Under the pieces are notes generated by a model. That model was not told the origin of the DNA. It saw nothing but the letters and a program-made list of their open reading frames with translations, and did no database searches. The translations under genes and the position numbers were made by a program. Of a stretch of DNA of 64,000 bases, positions 21,192-31,568 are shown one piece after another. Source of the stretch: Candidatus Obscuribacteraceae bacterium. GTDB taxonomy: Bacteria > Cyanobacteriota > Vampirovibrionia > Obscuribacterales > Obscuribacteraceae. The stretch is from the NCBI GenBank assembly GCA_044226015.1, contig JBGAHS010000002.1, positions 1,139,435 through 1,203,434 on the forward strand, written 5' to 3'. Within the stretch, counting starts at the first letter, position 1. Every line of letters starts with the position of its first letter.

Positions 21192-22097
21192 TTAGGAAAC
21201 TGTTTGCAATAATGCTCTGTAAACTTCAAGGAGCCTCTTGCGGACTGCCTGCCCTTGCAAGAACAGATCTTTCTGCAATTCTACGTATTCGGCGCGACCC
21301 TCAATCGTTTCGATTTTGATTGGTGTCACGCCGAAGGCTGTAAGGTCGTAGGGACTGGCCCGCATGTCTATTTCTCGAGCGGCCACTGCCAAAACAAATG
21401 CGTCGCCAACCAAGTCGCTCGGACAAAATGGCGCTATCTTGTAGGCGAATTTGTAGCTATCCATATTTACATGCAGGCAGGCTGGTTGATCATTGCTCAT
21501 TACCTGCTCTCGCTCGAGGTTGGTGCGATTGAGGGGCATTGCATCCTTTGTGAAGAAGCGGTAGGCATCGTAATGCGTACATCGAATTGGAAGTTCTTCC
21601 ACCAACTGATCAGTGCACACCGAGCCAAGACGGCAGGGAATATTGCTGTATCTGAGTTCATCGGACTTGTATACCATTGCCCATTCGTGGAGACCGTAGC
21701 ATGAGTATAACGGTACACGTTCTGATACGGTTTCCAGATATTCGATGCACCAGTGCAAATACTCTATGCGATGAGCTGGAAACGCCTGTGCTTGCAATTC
21801 GAGCCCTAATTCTGTTAGTGAGAACTGCGCCCACTCTACGTCGAGCTTAGTGGCGCCTTCCAGAGTTACGCCAAAGCCGGGCGTCCAACGCAGCAGATGT
21901 GCCGGACGAAAGGAATAATAGTCGAACATGAAATCATAGACAGGATGGCGTTTGTGGTTCCTCGAACGCATAACCCGGTCCTCTGCCCAAGGACGGACAA
22001 GTTGGAGATAGGCTTCACGTCGTACCTTCCAAATCTCCGCTGTGAGTGTTGCACCGACCGGATGTGGCATCGAATGGGAGCCGGTAACTTTATCCAC
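21192..22097 (-). CDS. Conserved protein of the family often annotated as 3-methyladenine DNA glycosylase in Actinobacteria
   Basis: HPVYDFMFDYY, CYGLHEWAMVY, CTHYDAYRFF, QPACLHVNMD and DMRASPYDL motifs. The family's function is not established from the sequence. Confidence 0.7.
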   Translation of the reverse strand: MDKVTGSHSMPHPVGATLTAEIWKVRREAYLQLVRPWAEDRVMRSRNHKRHPVYDFMFDYYSFRPAHLLRWTPGFGVTLEGATKLDVEWAQFSLTELGLELQAQAFPAHRIEYLHWCIEYLETVSERVPLYSCYGLHEWAMVYKSDELRYSNIPCRLGSVCTDQLVEELPIRCTHYDAYRFFTKDAMPLNRTNLEREQVMSNDQPACLHVNMDSYKFAYKIAPFCPSDLVGDAFVLAVAAREIDMRASPYDLTAFGVTPIKIETIEGRAEYVELQKDLFLQGQAVRKRLLEVYRALLQTVS

Positions 22098-22631
22098 TTA
22101 AATTAGGACCTCACCTCAATTATGCGATTCTGTCGGTCAAACAATTACACAACGTGGAATTTGCTCTTCTCATATTAACCGGAAATTGAATTCGCCGGGC
22201 TTCCGTCGAATGTGGTTTGACTGCACGGCGCCGCTACATGTTTTTATGCAGTTATTATCCTCGATATTTAGTCCGTTTTTTATCACCCGAATTATTCATG
22301 GGATACCAAAGCAATTTTCAAAAAGGACTGGGCAATTCCTTAACAACACAACGGGATCGAAATCGCCTACCTACAAATAAGCTGCAGATCTTGCGGCTGC
22401 TTTAAAATGCAAAAGCACCGAAAGAAAGGTGCTGTTTATCAATGTTTGATGCAAATACTCAGCAAGAGAACTCGTCAAAATTACATGAAAACCCGCCTCA
22501 CATCCTCGAAAGCTAAAAATCTAAAAAAAATCCCACTATATGCATGAATAGACCAGGGCAAAAGACAGAAAGCGGATGATGAGATGTGAATCTCTCATCC
22601 GCTTTTCTGTGGTAAACACAACCGTTATTGC

Positions 22632-23777
22632 TTAGACCTGACCCAGCGCAATCTTCAGCACGTCGATGCCGTTGTTGAGCGCGTGAAGGAAAATTCCCGA
22701 GTACAGAGAACCTGTACGCCGGTAAATTTCCGCTTGCACACAGCCAAGAACGAAGAGCAAGACCAACGTGGTCGGATGGAATTGCATGTGCATCAACGAA
22801 AACAACAGTGCACTTAAAATCACCGCACTGAATTCCGCACGCTTGCCTCCAAGCAGCAAGTGCACTCGCCGTGCGAATCGGCTGAAGATTCCAGCATCCG
22901 GCTTCAACTGAGCAGCTTCCCGCTTCAGCGAACACCGAATAATCTGAAACAGGAAACCGCGAAACACGATTTCCTCAAACAGCGGCGCACCAACAACTGC
23001 CATCAGCGCAAACAGAAAGAAGTTCCCTCCTGTAGCCGATTTGGCCAGGTCGACCGTAGACTGCTGCGGAGGACCCATAACATACACCACTGCCTCGCTG
23101 AGACCTTGCGCAATGCCATATGCCAGGAGCACAGGCAGCACGGTTTTCAGCAACGTCGCGCCCCACCAAGAACCTTTGAGGGGTTCAAAGGTCAGAGCCA
23201 TTGCTTCTTTCAGAGACACGCCTTCCTTTCGCAGGCTGCGTGCGATGTAGCGTACCTGCATACCGAAACCCATGACGAATCCGACCAGACTGAGTCCGAT
23301 CATGAACGTCACGTTAGCGGTTCCGTCAGAGTTTGAAATGACGCGGGAAACCCAATCAATCACCCGAGGAAACGGATGATCCATCATCGCAAGGAGGTAG
23401 GGGAACACAGTTGCAAAAACCGCTCCGAAGAGCAAGTAGCTTCGTAGATTTCGCACAATTCGCGCGCGCTTGTCGGAACATTCCGCCAGCCATAGCCACA
23501 GGTAGTGAGCCACACCGGCAGTCAGCATCGCAGAAACCGCAGTAATCGAAAGAACTCGGATGGTACCACCAATGGTGAGAAACTCACTACAAATCGCCGG
23601 ATAATAGGCGAGTCCAAAGATGGAAGCGATCACCAGAAATGGCACCAGGAAAGTACCTACAGCAAAATGCAGCAAAGCTACGCCGTATTTTTTTCCAGCT
23701 GTTTGTACGCTCCACGGAAAGCTCACAGGAAGCTTACTTTCCGCGAAAAGGACCTCAAGAAATCTGTTCATGAGCAT
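22632..23777 (-). CDS. CPBP (CAAX/Abi) intramembrane glutamic protease
   Basis: EEIVFRG, FSLMH and HALNN motifs; multiple TM helices. Start approximate. Confidence 0.9.
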   Translation of the reverse strand: MLMNRFLEVLFAESKLPVSFPWSVQTAGKKYGVALLHFAVGTFLVPFLVIASIFGLAYYPAICSEFLTIGGTIRVLSITAVSAMLTAGVAHYLWLWLAECSDKRARIVRNLRSYLLFGAVFATVFPYLLAMMDHPFPRVIDWVSRVISNSDGTANVTFMIGLSLVGFVMGFGMQVRYIARSLRKEGVSLKEAMALTFEPLKGSWWGATLLKTVLPVLLAYGIAQGLSEAVVYVMGPPQQSTVDLAKSATGGNFFLFALMAVVGAPLFEEIVFRGFLFQIIRCSLKREAAQLKPDAGIFSRFARRVHLLLGGKRAEFSAVILSALLFSLMHMQFHPTTLVLLFVLGCVQAEIYRRTGSLYSGIFLHALNNGIDVLKIALGQV

Positions 23778-23893
23778 TTCCTCGCCAGTCGGACTGGCAT
23801 GTGAATAAATCGAACAAAAAAGAGATAGGAGGTGCACCTGCACAAGACAGATGCACCTCCTTCTCGAGCAGGGCTACGCACCCTACCTGCTTG

Positions 23894-25342
23894 TTACTCC
23901 TTCGGAGCAGGAAGCGCCTTGGTCGCCGTCGGATTCACCGCCAAGTCATCAGCCTCGTGAATGCGGCAGAGCAGATTCATCTGCTCGCGAGTGCCCTTCA
24001 CGATGAGCTGGAAGACGAACGGTGCGACCCGCTGATACGACACGTGAGTGACTTCAACCTCGATGACGTTCTCCAGCGTGTGGATGACATCGAAGGCCAA
24101 CTTCATCATCTTCTCACTGTTGTCGCCGCGAGAGATGACGCTGAACTCCTGGATGCCTCCTCCGTTCTTCGCTGCAAGCGCTGCCTTCCGCAGGTCACGC
24201 TGCAAGCTCAGGTTGACGACGCCGCCACCCTTGCCACGCTTGACGATGATGCGCTCATTCTCACCGACGCCCAGCGCATTCTTCGCCACCGAGAACTCGA
24301 GCGCAGTCCCTTCGGCGTTCACCGAAATGCGAACAATGTCACCACCGTTCACCTTGCCGGTGACAAGCAAACGACCCAGAGGCATGAGCACGTCGCGGTT
24401 GATAACCCGCTTCAGCTCAGCCACGTTGTTGTTCACTTCACGCAGCATGAACTGCTTCGCGTCGTCCGTGACTTCGATCGTGAAGTCCTTGCCGGCCTCC
24501 ATCTCCTCGCTGATGCGCTTGCGCACAGCAGAGAATTCGGAATCGACAATCTTCACAAGCGTGTCGCTGGTGAAGGGCTGGAACACCACGATTGCGTCCA
24601 GGCGGTTACGGAACTCCGGCTTGTAGGCACGCTTGATCTCTTCCATGACCACATCATCGACCTTGGACTCGCGAGTGCTCTGCACGAAGCCCATCGACGG
24701 ACGCTGTTCGCGTTCGAAGCGATCCATGCCGATGTTCGAAGTCAGGATGAAGATGGTGTTGCGGAAATCAGCGACCATGCCGTTGCCCAAACGAGCCACG
24801 CCCTTGTCGAAGACGCCCATCCAGAACTTGTAGAAGTCGGGACTGGACTTTTCGAACTCCTCGATCACGACGACGTCCACAGTCTCTCCCGAGTTCAGAC
24901 GAACGCGACGGAGATTGTGGGGCGACACGACCGAGTAGGGATCGGTCTCGTGGTCTTCGAGCTTGTTCTTGGGGTCCTTGGGGTCACGGAAGCCAACATA
25001 GCTGGGAGGGGCGCCCTTCAGTTCGAGCAACTGGTGGTCTTCCGTGTAGTCAGACGCCTGGATGCGAGTCAACGCTTCCGGGTCGCCATGGAGGATCTCG
25101 GCAATGGTGGCGCCTGTGTGTGACTTACCGGTTCGCGAGGGACCGGCAAGGAAGAAGATCCCGATTGGACGAGTACGGTCGCGCAGCGGGTTCTTCGCCA
25201 TGTTGTAAGCCAACTGGGCGACACGCAGTGCGCCAGGCTGACCAATGACCTTGCTGCCGAAACGTTCCGCGAAGGCGATTTCCTCGTGGCTCAGTTCGGT
25301 GTGGTCAACAACAGTGTAGATGGCGGTGTTAGTGGTAGTCAT
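23894..25342 (-). CDS. Clp-type AAA+ ATPase with a single (D2-like) ATPase domain and extra C-terminal domain
   Basis: VIGQ, RPIGIFFLAGPSRTGKS (Walker A), GAPPSYVG, VIEEFEK (Walker B variant), ILTSNIG and PEFRNRLD motifs. AGGAG RBS precedes MTTTN. Confidence 0.85.
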   Translation of the reverse strand: MTTTNTAIYTVVDHTELSHEEIAFAERFGSKVIGQPGALRVAQLAYNMAKNPLRDRTRPIGIFFLAGPSRTGKSHTGATIAEILHGDPEALTRIQASDYTEDHQLLELKGAPPSYVGFRDPKDPKNKLEDHETDPYSVVSPHNLRRVRLNSGETVDVVVIEEFEKSSPDFYKFWMGVFDKGVARLGNGMVADFRNTIFILTSNIGMDRFEREQRPSMGFVQSTRESKVDDVVMEEIKRAYKPEFRNRLDAIVVFQPFTSDTLVKIVDSEFSAVRKRISEEMEAGKDFTIEVTDDAKQFMLREVNNNVAELKRVINRDVLMPLGRLLVTGKVNGGDIVRISVNAEGTALEFSVAKNALGVGENERIIVKRGKGGGVVNLSLQRDLRKAALAAKNGGGIQEFSVISRGDNSEKMMKLAFDVIHTLENVIEVEVTHVSYQRVAPFVFQLIVKGTREQMNLLCRIHEADDLAVNPTATKALPAPKE

Positions 25343-25589
25343 GATGATTCTCCTTTTGGCTTTGCAGCCGAGTTTTGGCGTTTCCGCCGGGTTCATGTGA
25401 AACAAATCTCCGGCAGTCATAGGAGCTGCCGGGAGGGTGCTCTCACACAGGAGAGCGAGTTAGACAACCACTCCAAGCACGAGGCTGAAGCGCTGTCGAC
25501 TTTCTGTTCTAGTCCTGCAATGCAGGCGAAAACGCCGTGACTCAAGAGCCACGGCGTTTACGTCTGAACTGCAAAACTACTTGTAAGAA

Positions 25590-26258
25590 TCAGACCAGTT
25601 GCTTGGAAATCTTAAGCATGTCCAGATAAGAACGCTTCTCGTCCTGCTTGGCGCATCCAAAGATTTTTTCTACCAGGTCATATATGCAAGATTGCGCACT
25701 AGATGATTCCTCACCAAGCGGAACAATGCATTCGATTTCGAAAAAATTTCCCGAGAATTCACCCAGACCGCTTACTCTGTCCACACTCACGACAACATCT
25801 TTCTCGTTGTGTCTTCCAGAGAAGAGGGCTCTTTCTTTACTAAAGCTCAGTAGTTCGCTTGGGCTTGCAGAGCGGGCTAGCATCACTACGATAGTGCGCA
25901 ACAGAGGACCGACCTCAGTCTCGCTTTCCTTTCGTTCTCTGCCACCACTTGCTGTTTCTACCCAACTCTTCAGGGTGAACACACACTTAACTCCAGCCGA
26001 GCCTCGTTCATCACGAACACGCATCATTTCCCCAGCTTCACGCGAAGGAATGAACGTGTCAGTCATGTGTACGCTGCCATCAGGTTTTAGTCCGAGTTCA
26101 CGCAGTTTCATGGGCAGAGATTCTGATTCCTGAGCGCTAATCGGAAATTTCCGTTCAACCTCAAGATGACCCTTTTTCGCCTTCGACTGAACAAACCACG
26201 CGAACGCTGTTTGCAAAGCCTTCAGGACTATGGAACCGAATATGCATTTGCTTTTCAT
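25590..26258 (-). CDS. CYTH domain protein (class IV adenylate cyclase/triphosphatase)
   Basis: EVERKF, MRVRDE, FTLK, SVDRVSGLG..FEIE and SYLDML motifs. Confidence 0.85.
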   Translation of the reverse strand: MKSKCIFGSIVLKALQTAFAWFVQSKAKKGHLEVERKFPISAQESESLPMKLRELGLKPDGSVHMTDTFIPSREAGEMMRVRDERGSAGVKCVFTLKSWVETASGGRERKESETEVGPLLRTIVVMLARSASPSELLSFSKERALFSGRHNEKDVVVSVDRVSGLGEFSGNFFEIECIVPLGEESSSAQSCIYDLVEKIFGCAKQDEKRSYLDMLKISKQLV

Positions 26259-26723
26259 TTCTCGACCTGTAGCTGGGGCTATCAGGCTTATTCCCGAAGG
26301 GATACAGATTCAACGAGGTTAATCGCTGAGAAATGGAATCGAAATAGAACAGAAACGAGGGGTTTGGGGCTATCTGCTAGGGTCGGGGGATGAATATAAA
26401 GACAACCTTAACGTACCAAGAATCCCCTCTTCCTCAAAAGGCTGCCCCGAAGCCCTGGCAGAGCTGAAGTCCCTCACAAGCACAACGTTTGCGGAGATCC
26501 ACATTCCTAATATGTGGAAATTCACATCTACTGGCAGCAAAGTTAACAGTCTCGCAAGGTTGTGATACCAGGCTTTACAGTGATTTTAGTGACAGGGAGA
26601 AGCTGGGATAAGCGTTCACGGAAGTTAGCGTGCCGCTTAATAATCCTGAGAACGCGAGCTTGTGTAGACTATAATCTGTACAAGTCATTGAACAATTCAT
26701 TGGGTTTCGGGCTCCTCAAACTC

Positions 26724-26752
26724 TGATTTGGATCGATATCGATCCAAATCGG
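26724..26752. repeat. Single extended GATCGATATCGATC palindrome
   Basis: gatttggatcgatatcgatccaaatc. Confidence 0.9.
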
Positions 26753-26887
26753 AGAATTCACTGGCTTTCCAGTCACATTGCTAAGAGCAAGAATCTCCCG
26801 GGAGCGTTCCTGTAAAAGGTCATGAGTTCATGCATCAAATGCATCGACGCGCTAAACTTTCTTCGCTCCAAATCAAGGAATTTTGAA

Positions 26888-27079
26888 ATGCTTAGATCAG
26901 AAGCCGAGGTGGTTTTCCGTCGTTGCATGGAAGATACAAAAGCTGAGTTCACCGAACAGCAAATTAAATGCATAGTCGAGGCAGTAATTAAAATAAGCGG
27001 ACGAATGGTCGAAGAAGCGTCGGCATCCTCGAACCGCGGGGCGGGACCAGGACGAAAGCAAGGCTATTTCGCCGACTAA
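26888..27079 (+). CDS. Small hypothetical protein
   Basis: MLRSEAEVVFRRCMED...; lies directly upstream of the amidohydrolase on the same strand. Start uncertain. Confidence 0.5.
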   Translation: MLRSEAEVVFRRCMEDTKAEFTEQQIKCIVEAVIKISGRMVEEASASSNRGAGPGRKQGYFAD

Positions 27080-27114
27080 TAAATTTGCACGCGTCAACTC
27101 TTAAAGGATCCATC

Positions 27115-28287
27115 ATGGCTGGAAGTCGACTCCTGGAAAAATCTCGCGAACTCGAAAAAGAAATCATAGAGTTGCGCCGTTATTTGCATAGTCATCCAGA
27201 ACTCAGTTTTCTCGAGTCAGAGACAGCTAAACTAGCTTCGAGCAAACTGAAAGAGCTGGGTTTCTCCGTACAAGAAAAAGTTGCAAAAACTGGCGTTGTT
27301 GGCGACATTGGTGTCGGACCAAAAACAGTGGCAATTCGAGCGGATATGGACGGACTCCCCATCCTCGAATGCAACAAGACCCCCTATAGGTCGAACAATC
27401 CTGGTGTCATGCACGCGTGTGGACATGACGCCCACGTTTCGTGTGGATTGGCCGCAGCGAAACTTTTATCATCGATGGAAACTCTTCCAGGGAAGCTGCG
27501 AATGATTATGCAACCATCGGAAGAAGACACTGATTCGGAAGGAAAATCCGGCGCCTTTAGAATGGTCGAAGAAGGTGTCATGGACGGAGTGTCGGCCGTG
27601 ATAGGACTTCACATGGACGCCTCGCTTGAGGCCGGAAAAGTAGCAATTATGTCCGGTCCTGTGATGGCTGCTTGTGATGGCTTTAAACTAACAGTTCAAG
27701 GAAAAGGTGGCCACGGTGCTTACCCTGAAAGTACCGTGGATTCTGTTGTGGTAGCAGCTCAAATCATCTCCGCGATTCAGCAAATTGTGTCACGTCGAAT
27801 CTCTCCCCTCGAACCGGCGGTTATAACCATCGGCTCCGTTCAGAGTTCGAGCACTCGCGGTAATGTGATTGCAGACAGCGTAGTTATGCTTGGCACCATA
27901 AGAAGCTTCACCGAAGCTGTGCGAACGAAACTGAGAGACGAATTGGAAAAGGCGTGTGCTCTCGCTCATGCTTTTGGAGCAGAATTCAAAATTGAATACG
28001 AGTTGGGATACCCTCCAACTGTGAATGATCCAAGAATTGCTGAAGTAATGAAACAGGCAGCAATTGATTTAATTGGTGCGGACAATGTAGTCACGCTTCC
28101 TTTGAAGACCTGGTCCGAGGATTTTTCGATGCTCGCACAAGCATCCCCAGGAGCTTTCATGTTCCTGGGAGGAAAAATGACCGATTACGAAAGAAGCCAT
28201 CATTCTCCCGATTTCGATATCAACGAAAGTGGTCTTTACTTAGGTCCGGCAATTTTGGCTGAAACGGCGCTTCGCCTTATGAAGTAA
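27115..28287 (+). CDS. M20D family amidohydrolase
   Basis: HSHPELS, RADMDGLP, MHACGHDAH, QPSEE, GKGGHGA, SEDFS and HHSPDF motifs. Confidence 0.95.
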   Translation: MAGSRLLEKSRELEKEIIELRRYLHSHPELSFLESETAKLASSKLKELGFSVQEKVAKTGVVGDIGVGPKTVAIRADMDGLPILECNKTPYRSNNPGVMHACGHDAHVSCGLAAAKLLSSMETLPGKLRMIMQPSEEDTDSEGKSGAFRMVEEGVMDGVSAVIGLHMDASLEAGKVAIMSGPVMAACDGFKLTVQGKGGHGAYPESTVDSVVVAAQIISAIQQIVSRRISPLEPAVITIGSVQSSSTRGNVIADSVVMLGTIRSFTEAVRTKLRDELEKACALAHAFGAEFKIEYELGYPPTVNDPRIAEVMKQAAIDLIGADNVVTLPLKTWSEDFSMLAQASPGAFMFLGGKMTDYERSHHSPDFDINESGLYLGPAILAETALRLMK

Positions 28288-28639
28288 GGGTTGGCGTCCT
28301 AGCGAACCCGCGCTTAGTTAGCGAACATGAACACATGTGTTCATAGTTGCCAAGCATCGCATAACCTTTGCACTAGGAGTTGGAGGGGCAATCTTAGTCA
28401 ACCGATGAAGCTACCTGCCGATTTTTGATTTTTGGCCGCAACCGAATCAGTCATCTAACCCATCCGTCACTTCCTTGCTGCACGGACCACCTAGACCCTT
28501 TGATTCCTTTAGCCCCTGCATCTCGGATCACATGAACTGAAGATCGGCCTGCATCTCGGATCATGAACCTGGTGGATCGCTTCCGAGAATCCCTACGGTG
28601 GATTTCGAGAAGAAATTATTAGACTCACAAGTCCAAACC

Positions 28640-29040
28640 AATTATTTTGATCGATCAAAAACAGGACCAGAAATTTGCTGGGTCCTCAAAGATGGAAGTT
28701 TCCGGCTCTTCAAAAATCCCAGCGGACCGGTTGTAAAAGGTAATCCAACCAGAGAAATTTGACCGCCTTCACTCAAAACAGGACCAGAAATTTACCGGGT
28801 TTCCATCATTTCAAAACACGATTTTCGTCGATATCGATCAAAAATGGAAAATTGGCTGGGTTTCCGGCTCTTCAAAAGTAACAGCGGACCGGTTGCAAAG
28901 GGTCATCCAACCAGAGAAATTCGATCGCTATCACTCAAAAAACAGGACAAGAAATTTCCGGGTTTCCAGCATTTCAAAACACGATTTTCGTCGATATCGA
29001 TCAAAGATCGAAAATTGGCTGGGTTTCCGTCCTTTCAAAA
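28640..29040. repeat. Approx. 160-bp duplicated unit containing the palindrome core
   Basis: cagcggaccggttg..aa..ggt.atccaaccagagaaatt...caggac.agaaattt.c.gggtttcca.catttcaaaacacgattttcgtcgatatcgatcaaa occurs twice, with a partial third copy. Confidence 0.85.
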
Positions 29041-29179
29041 CTCTGAGTTAGCGGGTTGCGAAAGCACAGCGACTTCCAAATGGAGGCTTGCAAATTGGTG
29101 GCACAGCGACTTGCATATGGGTGGCTTGCAACTGGGGCAAGGTGACTTGAAAATGAGAGGTCCCATTGAAAACCATTAG

Positions 29180-29315
29180 AGACCCCAGACCTCAGACCCC
29201 AGACCTCAGACCCCAGACCTCAGACCCCAGACCTCAGACCTCAGACCTCAGACCCCAGACCCCAGACCCCAGACCCCAGACCCCAGACCCCAGACCCCAG
29301 ACCCCAGACCCCAGA
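29180..29315. repeat. Heptamer microsatellite (AGACCCC/AGACCTC), about 19 copies
   Basis: Directly visible in the sequence. Confidence 0.97.
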
Positions 29316-29583
29316 TTTATACGATAAGACATAGTATATCAAAACGGAAAAACAAAAACACAGAAAAGTATTCAGTGATTGCAACACTTCACCACCGGTC
29401 AAGGCGATGAATGTTCACAGTTCAAGCAAAGGAGCCTCTGCTCTAAACTACGCATGAAGCTCAGCTTTCACACGCCGCAGCCAAGGAGGAGCCGAATCCT
29501 TTCAGCTCCCCTCCCATTTACGCTCCTCTGTTGACGCTGCCTCCGCAGGCGACCCGCATCGTGCTGAAGCCTAACGCTACTTC

Positions 29584-31362
29584 TTACTTGTAGCGGTGCA
29601 GAATCGGCGCTTCAGCGGTGCCATCCAGCTGTTTGAACTGACCCGCGATGACCATTTCGGCCAGTCGGTTACAGTCCTTGTAGTAGGACGCACCAGGTCG
29701 AGCACCGGTGAGCTTGTGATTGAGACTCTGGCAGAGCAGGTCAGCCGCCGCGATGCTTGCCACATCGCCACAGTTATGACCGTGCATCGCCGTCGTCAAA
29801 ATCATAATCACATCCTGCGCGCGCATGCTCAGCTGAAGCGCGAGAGACTGCATGTCTTCGCCCAGCCGATTGCCGTACTTACGCACGGTGCTCGACAGTT
29901 CCAGCGAGAGCTTAGCGCCCTGACGCAGCGCGAAGTTGACATGCTTCTGCAAGCGTGCATCCATGCCTTCCACCGTCTGCGAAGCGAACCGAGCCTTCCA
30001 CTGCTGCTTGACGGTCCAGGCAGCCAGAGCAGCTCCAGAACTCAGAGCGCCACCCAGAGCAGCGACCTTGCCCTTGCTGACGGCCTTGATGGAGCTACCC
30101 AAAGGCTTCAGCAGGGTTTCGGCGTGTTCTGCCGTCAGCAGCGCGAAGAACTTACCCGAGAGCACATCGTTTTCGCCCTCGTAGATGGTAGGTGCCATGA
30201 AGTCAGCGAAGTTCGTACCGATGTCGTGACCGACGATGAAGCTTCGACCTCCATGGGTGCGCAAGCCGATCTCGATGGCTGCTTCACGAAGCGCATCGGC
30301 GGCGAACACCTTGGCGATGGTGCACTCCAACTCGGCACGGTCACCACGTCGCAGCAAAGTCGAACACCAGTCGCGCTGTGCATCCGCTCCGATGATGAGC
30401 GAAGCCAGGCGAGCGATGCGCTTCTTCACATTGGCGTGGTCCTGAATCGGCTTCTTGAACGTCTCACGATACTCGCCCCAGCTACGCGCTCCGCAGATGC
30501 CGCGCAGAAGGAAGCGCATCACGCCAGCAGCGTTCGCGTCCACGAGCAATCGTCCGTAATTGAGCCCGTGGTAGTGGATGTTATTGCCTTCCAGTCGGTT
30601 TGCAGCAGGGATGCGGAAGTTGTTGAAACGCGCACCCTTGTTGTGGAACTGGCGCACCGCGTAGATGTCGTAGGGAATCTCCTGGAAGGTTTCGTCGTAG
30701 CTGGCCGGGAACTCTGCGATGAACACAGCCGGCTTCGCTTCGCCTTCGACCTTGCAGACGAACGCCAGGAGTTGACCCGGGCGCAAGTTGCCAACGAACA
30801 TCTTCTGACCGGTGACAAGGTACTCGTCACCGACGCGACGCGCAGTCGTGCTGATCGCGCTCACGTCCGTGCCAGCGCCAGGCTCCGTCAGCGCAAAGCC
30901 GGACATCTTCTCGCCAGTGGCAAGCTTGCGCAGGTACTTGTCCTTTTGCTGCTTGCTGCCGAACTGGTTCAGCGAGTGACCCAGCCCGATGCAGGAGTGC
31001 AGACCCAGCACACCAGCTTCGGTGGCAAAGCCTGCGGCTGCCACATCGGAGATCACCTTGGCGTACTGCGAGAAGTCAGCGCCGAAACCACCGTACTCCT
31101 TGTCGATGCGCGTACCCCAGAACCCGATGGCGGCGAGGTCCGCGATGGATTTCGGGCTGATCTTGCCGCGTTCGTCGTATCCGCTGCCATCAGCCTTGTT
31201 GGCACGGAGAATCGCCACGGCCTTTTCGACCATGGCATTGACAGCAGGGTCGTTGCCGACAGCACCAGCAGGACCGAACTCGCTGATGTTCTCGTTACCG
31301 AAGATGATCCGGTTGACGGGGCTGCCAGCGACGGTGCTGCGATCGATGTTTTTCGTAGTCAT
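29584..31362 (-). CDS. Acyl-CoA dehydrogenase (long form)
   Basis: FALTEPGAGTD, VTGQKMFV, YRETFKKPI, HGGRSF and IYEGEN motifs. Start placed at MTTKN. Confidence 0.9.
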   Translation of the reverse strand: MTTKNIDRSTVAGSPVNRIIFGNENISEFGPAGAVGNDPAVNAMVEKAVAILRANKADGSGYDERGKISPKSIADLAAIGFWGTRIDKEYGGFGADFSQYAKVISDVAAAGFATEAGVLGLHSCIGLGHSLNQFGSKQQKDKYLRKLATGEKMSGFALTEPGAGTDVSAISTTARRVGDEYLVTGQKMFVGNLRPGQLLAFVCKVEGEAKPAVFIAEFPASYDETFQEIPYDIYAVRQFHNKGARFNNFRIPAANRLEGNNIHYHGLNYGRLLVDANAAGVMRFLLRGICGARSWGEYRETFKKPIQDHANVKKRIARLASLIIGADAQRDWCSTLLRRGDRAELECTIAKVFAADALREAAIEIGLRTHGGRSFIVGHDIGTNFADFMAPTIYEGENDVLSGKFFALLTAEHAETLLKPLGSSIKAVSKGKVAALGGALSSGAALAAWTVKQQWKARFASQTVEGMDARLQKHVNFALRQGAKLSLELSSTVRKYGNRLGEDMQSLALQLSMRAQDVIMILTTAMHGHNCGDVASIAAADLLCQSLNHKLTGARPGASYYKDCNRLAEMVIAGQFKQLDGTAEAPILHRYK

Positions 31363-31420
31363 GGAACTTTTCCTTTGTGAAAAGAAGGGTAAGAGCCAGC
31401 GTCGACTGGCTCGAGAGTGC

Positions 31421-31510
31421 GTTGAAAACCAGACACTCAACCGGTCGAAACCGGCACGAGTGTTCGTTGAAAACCAGACACTCAACCGGTCGAAACCGGC
31501 ACGAGTGTTC
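31421..31510. repeat. 45-bp direct repeat x2, each copy folding into a hairpin
   Basis: gttgaaaaccagacactcaaccggtcgaaaccggcacgagtgttc occurs twice. Confidence 0.9.
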
Positions 31511-31568
31511 GTCCTGACACAGGACTACTGAGCTTTGTCCTGAGACAGGACTGATTTTTGCTGCGGCT

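Noticed and set aside
29596..31380. 594-aa plus-strand ORF and similar long antisense ORFs (23801-25123, 33325-35552, 38211-39182, 44544-46607)
   Set aside because: Each fully overlaps a clearly recognisable gene on the opposite strand.
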